This document shows positions 1 through 8,873 of a DNA stretch of 64,000 nt, one piece after another. A program made the position numbers and the translations under genes. The notes below the pieces were generated by a model. That model made no database searches. It was given only the letters and a program-made list of their open reading frames with translations, and was not told the origin of the DNA. Source of the DNA: a virus. Each line of letters begins with the position of its first letter. The first letter of the stretch is position 1. The stretch covers positions 52,186-116,185 of the IMG/VR virus record IMGVR_UViG_3300009149_000014. One strand, written 5' to 3'.

Positions 1-1
1 G

Positions 2-2386
2 AGTAGCACTAATGGTGCTACCGCTGCCACTCTTGGTTTTCTGGGCAATTACACAGGCGATATCGACGATTCATTCACTTTGGTAATTCGAAGTGAGCCA
101 GATCTTTCTTCCGGAGCCGGAATCGGCGGTGCAGAATTTCAAATCATTCGTAATAGCGATGGTGAAGTTCTGGTCGATGATGTGCTCGTTGATCAAAGTG
201 CTAATAACATCAGTGATTGGATTCCAGTACCGGATGCTGGTTTCAGTGTTCGGGTCGAACTGACTTCGGGCGAGCTTGATATCGGTGACACTTTCACTTG
301 GAATGTTGAGCCTGACAACCGATCTTTTGCGATCGCAGTTGAAGGTGATGCGACTCCAAACGTGTATCAAATGCCAACCGCAACTTTCACAAGTGTCAAT
401 GATTTTGTGGTCGCTGCTAATGCTTTGTTGGTTGGTGAAGACTACATTTTCGCCCCTAACATCGTTGATGGTGTTACAATCGCGGAAGTACAATCGATCA
501 CTGAAGGTGACAGAATTCAGTTGATGGCTACCAATGCGTTTGCTCTTGAATTGAATACCCGGCAATATGCTTGGGATATTCCACGAGCTTACTTGCTTGG
601 TCTCGATCCAGGTCCTTACACTTTCAGTTCACAAAACAATCGTGTGATCTTGAACGTGATCGGCGAGAACGACACACAACAAATCTCTGTGTCAGTCGCT
701 ACCGGAACGAATATCACCACTACTTCTATCGTTGGTACAATCGACGGTGCTGGTTCAATCAATGGTGAAAATTTCTACGAAGCGATCGAGTTGACCGTAC
801 CAGGTGGCACGACTCACTTGGCAATCATTACTCATCCAGATCATCAAAACGATACACTTGAATTGTTGGCTAACTTCAGCAATATCAAAGTTCTTCGATT
901 CGCTGACGAAGTGGATATCATCAATCCTTACCGCCGAAGCTACCGAGGTTTCTTCGATAGCCGAACTTCTCTTCCAGAGCCTGGACAAAACGATCCGTCC
1001 GTACCACTTTCTTGTGAAATGAATCCACTCAGTGCTGCATGCATCGCTGATTCGAATTACTTCCAGAATATTGTTGGTTGGTTCGTTGCTCCAAGTGCTG
1101 GAACTTGGGCTGATAACATCACGATTCAACTCTCGCTCTTCACTGAAGGTGTGGGTGATATCGCTGGTCGCTTCAAACTGATCGTCCTTGGTTCACAAGG
1201 TGAAATCCTGGAACGAGTTGAAGACTTTACCTTCGATAGACGAGACACCAACTACATCGCCAATTTGATCAATCCTGGCACAAGTGGTGGCGGTCTTCGT
1301 GGCAATCTTTTCGTCCATTGGGAAGATCGTCCAGGTTTCTTGGGCAATGATCCAAACTTGAGCACCTACGAACTACGTCAACCTTCACAATTTGCTGCTC
1401 GTCAGTACACTGGTGGTGCCAATGGTATCCCAACTGACCCAAGCTTTTCGAACTTGCTTGATGCTGCTGTTATCGGTAGCCCACAGCTTGCGACTGGTTT
1501 GTATGCTTTCGAAAATCCAGAAGGACTTGAAATCGATGTGCTCGCTACTCCTGGTTTCAGCTCTGGAGCTGTTATTGGTACTGCGATTCAGATCGTTTCC
1601 AGCCGTGGTGATGCAGTTTACCTTGTTGATCCTCCGTTCGGTCTCCGACCACAACAAACGGTTGATTGGCACAATGGTATGCTTTTGAGCGATTTGCAAC
1701 AAGCGATCAATACGAGTTATGCCGGTCTTTACACTGGTTGGCTGTTGGTCTTCGATCAGTTCAGTGGTCAGAACGTTTGGATTCCACCATCCGGTCACAT
1801 TTCCGCAGTGTTCAGCCGATCCGCTCGTGATGCTGAACCTTGGTCAGCTCCTGCTGGTTTGCGTCGTGGTCGTTTGTTGAGCCCAATTGCGGTTGAATAC
1901 TCGCCGACTCAAGGTGAACGCGATCTGCTTTACGGTTCTGGCAACAGTGTCAACCCGATCGTGAATTTCACTCAAGAAGGCTTGACAGTTTGGGGTAATC
2001 GCACCCTGCAACGTGGTGAAGCTCCTTTGAGCCGAATGGACGTTCGATTGCTTGTTAACCGAATTCGTCGTGGTCTTGCTCAGTTGCTTCGCAACTTTGT
2101 CTTCGAGCCAAATGATCGGATTTTGTGGTCACAAGTTCGAGCTTCGATCAATCCGTTCTTGGCTGATATTCAGTCACGTCGTGGTTTGGTTGAGTACGTT
2201 CTGATTGTCGATGAGAATAACAACACGGCTGAACGAATCGACCGTGGTGAGCTTTGGGTATCTGTGATCTTGGTTCCGCAACGTGCTGCTGAGATCGTTG
2301 TACTCAACATTGGTGTTACTCGCCAAAGTGTGAGTTTGACTTCGGAAGAGGTCTTGTCAGCTGTTGGCGTTGTGAATGGTGGTTAA
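2..2386 (+). CDS. Tail sheath protein (T4 gp18-like), 5'-truncated by the window
   Basis: The frame is open from base 2. The C-terminus has sheath motifs (PPSGH, PWSAPAGLRRG, VNPIVNF, VWGNRTLQ, RMDVRLL, FVFEPND, VDENNNT). Confidence 0.95.
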   Translation, partial: SSTNGATAATLGFLGNYTGDIDDSFTLVIRSEPDLSSGAGIGGAEFQIIRNSDGEVLVDDVLVDQSANNISDWIPVPDAGFSVRVELTSGELDIGDTFTWNVEPDNRSFAIAVEGDATPNVYQMPTATFTSVNDFVVAANALLVGEDYIFAPNIVDGVTIAEVQSITEGDRIQLMATNAFALELNTRQYAWDIPRAYLLGLDPGPYTFSSQNNRVILNVIGENDTQQISVSVATGTNITTTSIVGTIDGAGSINGENFYEAIELTVPGGTTHLAIITHPDHQNDTLELLANFSNIKVLRFADEVDIINPYRRSYRGFFDSRTSLPEPGQNDPSVPLSCEMNPLSAACIADSNYFQNIVGWFVAPSAGTWADNITIQLSLFTEGVGDIAGRFKLIVLGSQGEILERVEDFTFDRRDTNYIANLINPGTSGGGLRGNLFVHWEDRPGFLGNDPNLSTYELRQPSQFAARQYTGGANGIPTDPSFSNLLDAAVIGSPQLATGLYAFENPEGLEIDVLATPGFSSGAVIGTAIQIVSSRGDAVYLVDPPFGLRPQQTVDWHNGMLLSDLQQAINTSYAGLYTGWLLVFDQFSGQNVWIPPSGHISAVFSRSARDAEPWSAPAGLRRGRLLSPIAVEYSPTQGERDLLYGSGNSVNPIVNFTQEGLTVWGNRTLQRGEAPLSRMDVRLLVNRIRRGLAQLLRNFVFEPNDRILWSQVRASINPFLADIQSRRGLVEYVLIVDENNNTAERIDRGELWVSVILVPQRAAEIVVLNIGVTRQSVSLTSEEVLSAVGVVNGG

Positions 2387-2388
2387 GT

Positions 2389-2421
2389 AATGGGGAGCCC
2401 TTGAACCGGGTTCCCCATTTT
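2389..2421 (+). terminator. Intrinsic terminator after the sheath gene
   Basis: AATGGGGAGCCC / GGGTTCCCCATT stem followed by T residues, immediately after the stop. Confidence 0.7.
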
Positions 2422-2449
2422 CAAACAATCGGGGCAACCCGTTCACATA

Positions 2450-2485
2450 GGGGCGTGATTCTCGGTGGAATCACGCCCCATTTTT
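2450..2485 (+). terminator. Second GC-rich hairpin or terminator
   Basis: Perfect 12-bp stem GGGGCGTGATTC / GAATCACGCCCC, then ATTTTT. Confidence 0.6.
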
Positions 2486-2533
2486 ATAGCCCCGTCCCCA
2501 AAGATACTTTGTCTTATCTCGGGGGATAATACC

Positions 2534-3028
2534 ATGAGTGATCTTTTTATGACTGTGGAGTCTTTGGACTCCAAACATCGGGAAAAGTTCGTTCCGATTC
2601 TTCGATCTTGCATTGATGAGACCAAGGTTGACCTTGAGGAAAGCATTCCTCATTATTTGTATAATCTTGGTCAGAACGCTGGGATAATGGGATTTAACAT
2701 TTACGGCGATCCTATTGCATATGTCTTGTATAATAAGACGCAAAATCATCCTATTCTTTTGATGCATTTTTGGGTTCATCCGAGATACAGACGGCAGAAA
2801 GTGGGGGCAAGAATGCTTGCTCATATTAGTCGTACTGAAAAACCCAGTTTGATTATGACGATTTTGAATGAAACATTGGTGACGGCTCAATTGTTTTTGA
2901 GATCTTTGGGATTCTTTTGCACGCAAATTATACGTAGTAGCGAATTTACTAATGATCAATATCGTTTCGTTGCGAATGTTTACAATCCCATGAACAGATT
3001 AGCGGTTTATAATCCGCAGATGTTCTAA
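2534..3028 (+). CDS. GNAT (RimI-like) acetyltransferase
   Basis: Acetyl-CoA motif A (WVHPRYRRQKVGARML) and motif B (ETLVTAQLFLRSLGF). ATG 2534 is preferred over GTG 2465, which lies inside a hairpin. Confidence 0.8.
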   Translation: MSDLFMTVESLDSKHREKFVPILRSCIDETKVDLEESIPHYLYNLGQNAGIMGFNIYGDPIAYVLYNKTQNHPILLMHFWVHPRYRRQKVGARMLAHISRTEKPSLIMTILNETLVTAQLFLRSLGFFCTQIIRSSEFTNDQYRFVANVYNPMNRLAVYNPQMF

Positions 3029-3072
3029 GAAAAACTAGAATAGTCGGATTCATCGAATTAGAGGACTAACTA

Positions 3073-3669
3073 ATGCCTGGCTTCAATGTTGCACCTTTTG
3101 GTGGTTCACTTCCTGGTGGCCCCTCGAATAATATCGAAACACGTCGCCAAAACCGTTGGGTTTTCGAATCCTTGGGTAGAGGTGCAAGTGCCTGGACTAA
3201 CACTGAGTTGTTGCTCCTCGAATCGGCTTCTCGACCGAAATTCGAGTTCGAAGAAGTCGAGATGCACCACAACCAAGAAACTGCATACTTCGCTGGTAAG
3301 CACAAGTTCCAGCCAGTGAAAATGCGATGGTATGATGCCGAGCAAGATCCTGACATTTCGAAGGGTGTCTACCACTGGATTGAAACCGTGCTAGATATTG
3401 GTGACCAGCTGGTCGCCCACCCACGTTTTTACAAGCGTGAAGCTTCTTTGCGGATGTTGGATGGTACTGGTCAACCAAACGAAGTCTGGTCAATGATGGG
3501 CTGCTGGCCTAAAGATTGTGACTGGGGCGATTTGGATTACACCTCTTCCAAGATCTGTATGATCGAATGCACAATGCGTTATGACCGTGCGGTTCGACAA
3601 TTCTTGGACGGAAGCTGCCCAACTCCAATTGCACCACAACCAATCACGCCAAGCTGCCCAGTCGTTTAA
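3073..3669 (+). CDS. Tail tube protein (T4 gp19-like)
   Basis: SASRPKFEFEE..H..ETAYFAGK, W..MGCWPKDCDWGDLDY and TMRYDRA. GAGGA RBS; follows the sheath gene. Confidence 0.9.
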   Translation: MPGFNVAPFGGSLPGGPSNNIETRRQNRWVFESLGRGASAWTNTELLLLESASRPKFEFEEVEMHHNQETAYFAGKHKFQPVKMRWYDAEQDPDISKGVYHWIETVLDIGDQLVAHPRFYKREASLRMLDGTGQPNEVWSMMGCWPKDCDWGDLDYTSSKICMIECTMRYDRAVRQFLDGSCPTPIAPQPITPSCPVV

Positions 3670-3684
3670 TAACACTGGTGGTTT

Positions 3685-4296
3685 ATGCCTGGATTTAATG
3701 TTGGTCACTTTTTTGGTGAATGCGAAGATGGTGCACCGGGACTTAACGGTGCACCATCAATTGTTCCCAATGTTACTGAAACAGCTCGTAGACATCGTTA
3801 CGAGCTGATTTTAAGCTCATTGCCCGGTAATCGTGCTGCAGATAGTATTTTCTTTCCCCTGATAGTTCCCTTGGCTTGTGAATCTCTCGACAGGCCAACG
3901 ATGCGTATTCAAAAAGAAAGAGTGTGGAATGGAGCAGACTATGCTAACGTTCCACTTCGAGGCGAATACGATCCTATTAATGTGACTCTTTATGAAGTTC
4001 TCCGTGATGATGACAGTGCTCCAATTGCGAATTGGACATTAGAATCAGTTCTTTCATGGTGGACAAACAGCTCATTTAGTGTTATCCATTCCCGCCCTGG
4101 GTTTGCTACTTCTCGTCGAGTTACCGCTACTATCAAAATGTTGAATGGTCTTGGTAATCCGATCTGGGCATATAGATTGCATCGTTGCTGGCCGGAAGTT
4201 ATCAGTCCGGATTCTCTGACATACAAAAATTCAGAAATAGCAACAGTCGCACTCACTTTGAATTTCGACAAAGTGGAAGAAGCAATCGATTTATAG
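3685..4296 (+). CDS. Tail tube-like paralog 2
   Basis: Same fold signature (SLDRPTM, RLHRCWPEVI..DSLTY, LTLNFD) and an MPGFNV start shared with the tube. Confidence 0.75.
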   Translation: MPGFNVGHFFGECEDGAPGLNGAPSIVPNVTETARRHRYELILSSLPGNRAADSIFFPLIVPLACESLDRPTMRIQKERVWNGADYANVPLRGEYDPINVTLYEVLRDDDSAPIANWTLESVLSWWTNSSFSVIHSRPGFATSRRVTATIKMLNGLGNPIWAYRLHRCWPEVISPDSLTYKNSEIATVALTLNFDKVEEAIDL

Positions 4297-4304
4297 GTAA
4301 CATA

Positions 4305-4883
4305 ATGCCCGGATTTATTATTAATCAATTGGGTGGTAACAATGGCGGGTTCTCTCCAGAACAACGTTACTATGCCTCATTTTCATGGGAGATTGTTGAT
4401 ATTAGTAACAAGCTTCCCACTTTTGCTCGATTTCTGAATAATACCCTACTTCTTCGCACTGCTACTCTCCCTCACGTTACCTTTCAAAAAATCGAAACAG
4501 AAGGAGGGACAATTAAATACAAGTTCGCTGGTAAACCCGCTTACGAAGATGTTCGAATTTCATGGTACGACACTGAAAATTTAGCAACCGTCTATAAAGA
4601 ATGGTATAATATCATTTATACCAATGATCTCGGCATTCAAGCTCCAAATGCATATAAAGGTGACGCTGTTCTGCGTAAATACTTATCGGACAGACCTGAT
4701 AGTCAAGCCAGTCCGGTTACAGAACCAGCCTCCCAACCTAGTGGTACAGTAAGATATCAATTGTTTGGGTCGTGGCCTACGTCATTTAAGGAAAGTGAAC
4801 TCACCTACCTTGAAGCGTCCATAAAAAGTGTCGAAGTTACCCTAACATACGATTATTTCGAATCGGAAATAACAGATGCCTAA
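4305..4883 (+). CDS. Tail tube-like paralog 3
   Basis: TATLPHVTF, KYKFAGKPAYEDVRISWYD, LFGSWP..ELTY, VTLTYD. Starts MPGF at ATG 4305. Confidence 0.75.
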   Translation: MPGFIINQLGGNNGGFSPEQRYYASFSWEIVDISNKLPTFARFLNNTLLLRTATLPHVTFQKIETEGGTIKYKFAGKPAYEDVRISWYDTENLATVYKEWYNIIYTNDLGIQAPNAYKGDAVLRKYLSDRPDSQASPVTEPASQPSGTVRYQLFGSWPTSFKESELTYLEASIKSVEVTLTYDYFESEITDA

Positions 4884-5922
4884 CGAAGAACGCGAAATCG
4901 ATTTGGAAGGAAATAACACTCCAGCCAAATCTTCCCCTAACCCAGCCAACGAGAAAACTGTTCACGTTGACGAAAAAGAACAACTGAATCCGCAAATTGC
5001 CGCACTTGGCAAAGACATGACGGACGACGAGTTCTTGTATGCGATTGCCAATGCTCCGGATGAAATGCTCATCCCTTGGGAAGAAGTTCCAATCCCAAGT
5101 GGCGGTCTTTATTACGAAGGTTGGACAAATGGCACAGTTCGCGTTCGTGCTATGACACAAAGTGTCGAAAAAGCCTTTGCCAACCGACGATTAGTCCAAA
5201 GTGGTGGAGCAATCGATAAAATGTTCAACACCTGTGCAGAACTCCCAGGTGCAATGGACCCCCAACAATTGTTGATTGGTGATCGAACATTTTTGTTGTA
5301 CTATATTCGCGGTTTGACCTACGGTAATTTGTACAAGTTCGTTGTGACTTGTCCTCATTGCAAAGCTGAATCAAGCCACGTTTACGACATGAATGAGCTT
5401 TACTCAACTGTCATTCCGGCAAATCAACAGATTGGCAACGAACCGTTCAAAGTCATTTTACCTCATTTGTCAGCCATTAGTGGTCGTGAAATCTGGGTTG
5501 GTGTACGATTCTTACGCCAAGCAGATATCACAAACATCATGGCTTCACGTCGATTCAATAAGCGACTCGAAGGAAATAGTGTTCGAGCCGGTAATGTTCG
5601 AAATCGTGGACGTCGAGGCCAAGCACCTCAATCTGGCGTTGATGAACAGCAATCACAAGCAGACATGCTACTAGACGGTTCGGTCGAAAAGACCATTGTT
5701 TCCGTCAATGGTAATCGCGAACCAGCTTTAATCCAGCAAATCGTTTCACGGCTGCATTCTCGTGATAATGCGGCCATCCGGGACTTCCTGATGGAGAATA
5801 CCCCCGGAATCGATACTACCGTCAATGTAACATGTCCGGAGTGCAGTAATGAGGCAATGATGGAATTGCCCATTACTGACGGGTTTTTTCGTTCGGCTGA
5901 GCGATCAGGAACTAGAAAATAG
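4876..5922 (+). CDS. Tail/baseplate hub assembly chaperone (T4 gp26-like)
   Basis: IPSGGLYY, GDRTFLLYYIR, two CxxC pairs (CPHC, CPEC) and C-terminal LPITDGFF. Confidence 0.75.
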   Translation: MPNEEREIDLEGNNTPAKSSPNPANEKTVHVDEKEQLNPQIAALGKDMTDDEFLYAIANAPDEMLIPWEEVPIPSGGLYYEGWTNGTVRVRAMTQSVEKAFANRRLVQSGGAIDKMFNTCAELPGAMDPQQLLIGDRTFLLYYIRGLTYGNLYKFVVTCPHCKAESSHVYDMNELYSTVIPANQQIGNEPFKVILPHLSAISGREIWVGVRFLRQADITNIMASRRFNKRLEGNSVRAGNVRNRGRRGQAPQSGVDEQQSQADMLLDGSVEKTIVSVNGNREPALIQQIVSRLHSRDNAAIRDFLMENTPGIDTTVNVTCPECSNEAMMELPITDGFFRSAERSGTRK

Positions 5923-6112
5923 ATACGAATCGCTCTTAGAAGAACAGTATCTATTGAAAAAACACGCTAATCTTTCATTGTTCGAACAAGAACAGATCCC
6001 AGCTGAAGATCGCCGATGGTGGCTCGAAAGGATCAAAAAAGACAACGAAGAAGCAGAAAACCAATCTCGACGAGCCCAAGGCCCATCGAGAGCACCCGGT
6101 AGCCGTTCCTAA
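5888..6112 (+). CDS. gp51-like ORF without a start codon, probably reached by a +1 frameshift from the gp26-like gene
   Basis: The +1 frame reads FVRLSDQELENRYESLLEEQYLLKKHANLSLFEQEQIPAEDRRWWLERIKK... There is no in-frame ATG after the upstream TGA. Slippery GGG TTT TTT C at 5881-5890. Not in the ORF track. Confidence 0.65.
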   Translation, partial: FVRLSDQELENRYESLLEEQYLLKKHANLSLFEQEQIPAEDRRWWLERIKKDNEEAENQSRRAQGPSRAPGSRS

Positions 6113-6157
6113 ATGCTAAATTATCAAAACTAATTTAGCAACAAAAGGAACAATCTT

Positions 6158-7072
6158 ATGGCTGCATGTGACTGTCTAATTGAAAACGCCTATCCACGAA
6201 TCAGCGGTCGAACAGGCAATCTGATCGATCTCAACGTGGATTTCTACAACAATGGTAAACTCGATGATCCATTTTGGATTCAAAGAGTCGAGATTTACCG
6301 TTGTTCTGTTTCACCAGCAAATCTCGAAGCAGTTATCTCCTTCGCAGATCCCACAGATCTCATCTACCCTGCACCAGCTTGCCAAGAGACCATCCCAGTA
6401 GATGTGGGCCAATGTGGAACAGCACCCCCTGCTAACCCAACCCCCATCCCAGGCAAATACCACCTACCATTCTTGATTCCATCAGACTTCAAAGCACCTG
6501 ATGTATACATCGACGTTTGGTACTTCTACCCAAAGAACCCATGCCTGGGCGATCAATATCCAGACGTTTGCGACCCATCAGACATCACATCAGGATTCCA
6601 AGTCGATCCTCTATGTGACCCAACCGATCCAATCTTCTACGATCAACTCGTCACCTGCTGCCACCGATTCTGGGTATACCCAGACTCTTGGATGTGTGAC
6701 GATAAACTCCAAACTGTCAATTTCGGTTTCGAACCACTCAACACCAGATTTAACAGCCCAGAAACCAAACCACTCGAAGTGGGCTTGATTCCACTGCCAG
6801 TATACAGCTACAACAAGTCACTCGTCGACTCATTGATCCCATTCATCAAAGGATCAATCACAGTTGGTACTCAATACTGTGACGTTTTGGTTCAAGATGC
6901 TCCAATGGATTTGGGATTCCGTCAAGGAAATTACCGATCCAATCCATGGGTCGTTAAATGGAACCTCGACACCACGACCTTCATCCGAGGATCTTACTGG
7001 TACCAAGTCAAATTGACTCTTCCAGATGGATCGACACGTGTTAGCCAGAAATTCTGGTTCGAGATTCGGTAA
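6158..7072 (+). CDS. Cys/Pro-rich hypothetical protein, probably structural, with an Ig-like C-terminus
   Basis: 304 aa, AAGGA RBS, beta-rich ending (KWNLDTT..GSYWYQVKLTLPDG). Confidence 0.6.
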   Translation: MAACDCLIENAYPRISGRTGNLIDLNVDFYNNGKLDDPFWIQRVEIYRCSVSPANLEAVISFADPTDLIYPAPACQETIPVDVGQCGTAPPANPTPIPGKYHLPFLIPSDFKAPDVYIDVWYFYPKNPCLGDQYPDVCDPSDITSGFQVDPLCDPTDPIFYDQLVTCCHRFWVYPDSWMCDDKLQTVNFGFEPLNTRFNSPETKPLEVGLIPLPVYSYNKSLVDSLIPFIKGSITVGTQYCDVLVQDAPMDLGFRQGNYRSNPWVVKWNLDTTTFIRGSYWYQVKLTLPDGSTRVSQKFWFEIR

Positions 7073-7104
7073 TATCCGAACAGTCGAAATCGTGTTATAC
7101 TTGT

Positions 7105-8232
7105 ATGAAGTATAAAATCCCGCCCGATAAAATTCGCAAATGGATCGAGGCGAACTTTGATTATAAAGTTCGCAAAAGCGGACGTGAATATCTAATTTGC
7201 AATCCCCTGTATGACACTGATAAAAAACGATTCAATATCAACATTGAAACGGGGGGTTGCCACGATTGGAACGGCGACGAATGGGCCGGTGATCCTAATC
7301 CCAAAACCGGCAAACGCCCTTGCCATATTGTTCGTTTTGTTCAACTTTATCGCGGTGTAAGCTTCCGCGATGCTCTCCGTGAACTCATCGGCGACGGAGC
7401 CCTGATACACGCTTATCAGCGTTCAGAGCCCGCCGAAGTCAAAGAAGACACCACGGAGACCATGGCGATTCAGATTCCGAAGGGCTTTAAGCCCCTCGAT
7501 AATCCGGATTCCCTCATGAAACGGCCTCTATGGAATTATCTTCTGTACAGAGGATACACACCAGAAGAAATAATTGAACAAAATATCCACTATCGTGGTT
7601 CTGATATTCTATGGCTTTATACCGAGTTCGGCGAATTGGTTTATATGCAAAGTCGGAACATCTATACCAAAAGGTTCTGGTTCCCTTCGACTGATGTTCT
7701 GGATGATCAAAATGAGAAGATCGGAGAATTAGAAGTCACTCGGGACCACGTGTTGTACGGCTTTGATGAAATCCCCAGAGCCGAATATATTATCCTCACG
7801 GAATCGATTTTCGACAAAAACACTCTCGGTATACACACTCTTGGTACTGGTGGAGTTATTCTGTCTGAAGGACAATTGAAGAGAATTAAGCTTATTGGCC
7901 CCAAACAGGGGATAGTATTAGCTCCCGATAATGACAAACCAGCCATCGAAAGTATTCTTACTAATGCTCCTCGATTGGCAAATATGGGGTATAAAGTCTT
8001 TTTCTCTATTCCTCCTAGTCTTCCCTACACCAACGCTAAAGGTGAAGAGGAATTTACGAAGGATTGGAATGAGATGTTGACGGGATTAAAATTAACGAGA
8101 CCCCAGATCGTTGAAACAATGAATCAGAGATTGGTTCCTTTCAACGAAATAACCAGGCTCCGATTGAGACAATTATTGGTATCGGATAAAAAGGCACTTA
8201 ACAATGGCAAATCAAGATCATTCCTCGCCTAA
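7105..8232 (+). CDS. DNA primase (DnaG/gp61-like)
   Basis: N-terminal zinc-binding-domain-like region (CNPL..CHDW..VSFRDAL) and TOPRIM motifs (LTESIFD, LAPDND, KDWNEML). Confidence 0.8.
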   Translation: MKYKIPPDKIRKWIEANFDYKVRKSGREYLICNPLYDTDKKRFNINIETGGCHDWNGDEWAGDPNPKTGKRPCHIVRFVQLYRGVSFRDALRELIGDGALIHAYQRSEPAEVKEDTTETMAIQIPKGFKPLDNPDSLMKRPLWNYLLYRGYTPEEIIEQNIHYRGSDILWLYTEFGELVYMQSRNIYTKRFWFPSTDVLDDQNEKIGELEVTRDHVLYGFDEIPRAEYIILTESIFDKNTLGIHTLGTGGVILSEGQLKRIKLIGPKQGIVLAPDNDKPAIESILTNAPRLANMGYKVFFSIPPSLPYTNAKGEEEFTKDWNEMLTGLKLTRPQIVETMNQRLVPFNEITRLRLRQLLVSDKKALNNGKSRSFLA

Positions 8233-8791
8233 GCCTCGCGTCTGGACCCGTGATGAAATTTCCGATTGGTTAGAATCACAACCTCCGGAATTTCAGGAAG
8301 TTCTGAAAGGAATGGGCCGTCTGATGTTGAAGTCTCATGCCGTTCGCGATCTTGCTGATGGATATAGTACGGTTCGCCGTTATCTTGAAAATGGATGGGT
8401 TATTCCGAGTGATTTGACAGCTGACACCTCTTTGATTAATCTCGGTATGATTGCACTTAAAAGAATGAGTAACCGTGGTATTCGACCTTTAGTTGCTCAA
8501 CAAGCTCCGGCTATGCAGGTTTCTAGTCCAGGTGGATGGTTTGGAATGTTCAAGGACATGATGTTGGGTGCTCAAGAAGCCAGGATTTATGGAAATCTTG
8601 CTAATTTGGGTAATAATCATCGTGAACAGATGAATTTTAACCATGAGGCTGAACGACGCCGACAAGAAGCTGATTATGCGGCGGACCGATATCGCAATGA
8701 GATGCTTCAAATAGAGCGTAGCCGAGCACAAGCTGAAGAACGCGAACGTCGATGTACTATTGATGGTCAAGGTAATAAATTATATTACTAA
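8204..8791 (+). CDS. Hypothetical protein
   Basis: 195-aa ORF overlapping the primase end, with a charged helical C-terminus. Confidence 0.6.
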   Translation: MANQDHSSPKPRVWTRDEISDWLESQPPEFQEVLKGMGRLMLKSHAVRDLADGYSTVRRYLENGWVIPSDLTADTSLINLGMIALKRMSNRGIRPLVAQQAPAMQVSSPGGWFGMFKDMMLGAQEARIYGNLANLGNNHREQMNFNHEAERRRQEADYAADRYRNEMLQIERSRAQAEERERRCTIDGQGNKLYY

Positions 8792-8820
8792 TCCGACGTT
8801 TGTTTCAGTACCATTATCAG

Positions 8821-8830
8821 TAAATATAGA
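8821..8830 (+). promoter_or_regulatory. Putative late promoter motif TAAATATAGA
   Basis: Same [C/T]AAATATA core as at 34855, 41564, 43725 and 45386, each upstream of a gene start. Confidence 0.45.
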
Positions 8831-8873
8831 TGGAGTCTTTTTCCATTGATTGTTAGCTTACTGGTACTTCTCT

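Noticed and set aside
5881-5900. Canonical -1 frameshift at the GGGTTTT heptamer
   Set aside because: The -1 frame reaches TGA within a few codons; only the +1/-2 frame gives a meaningful extension.
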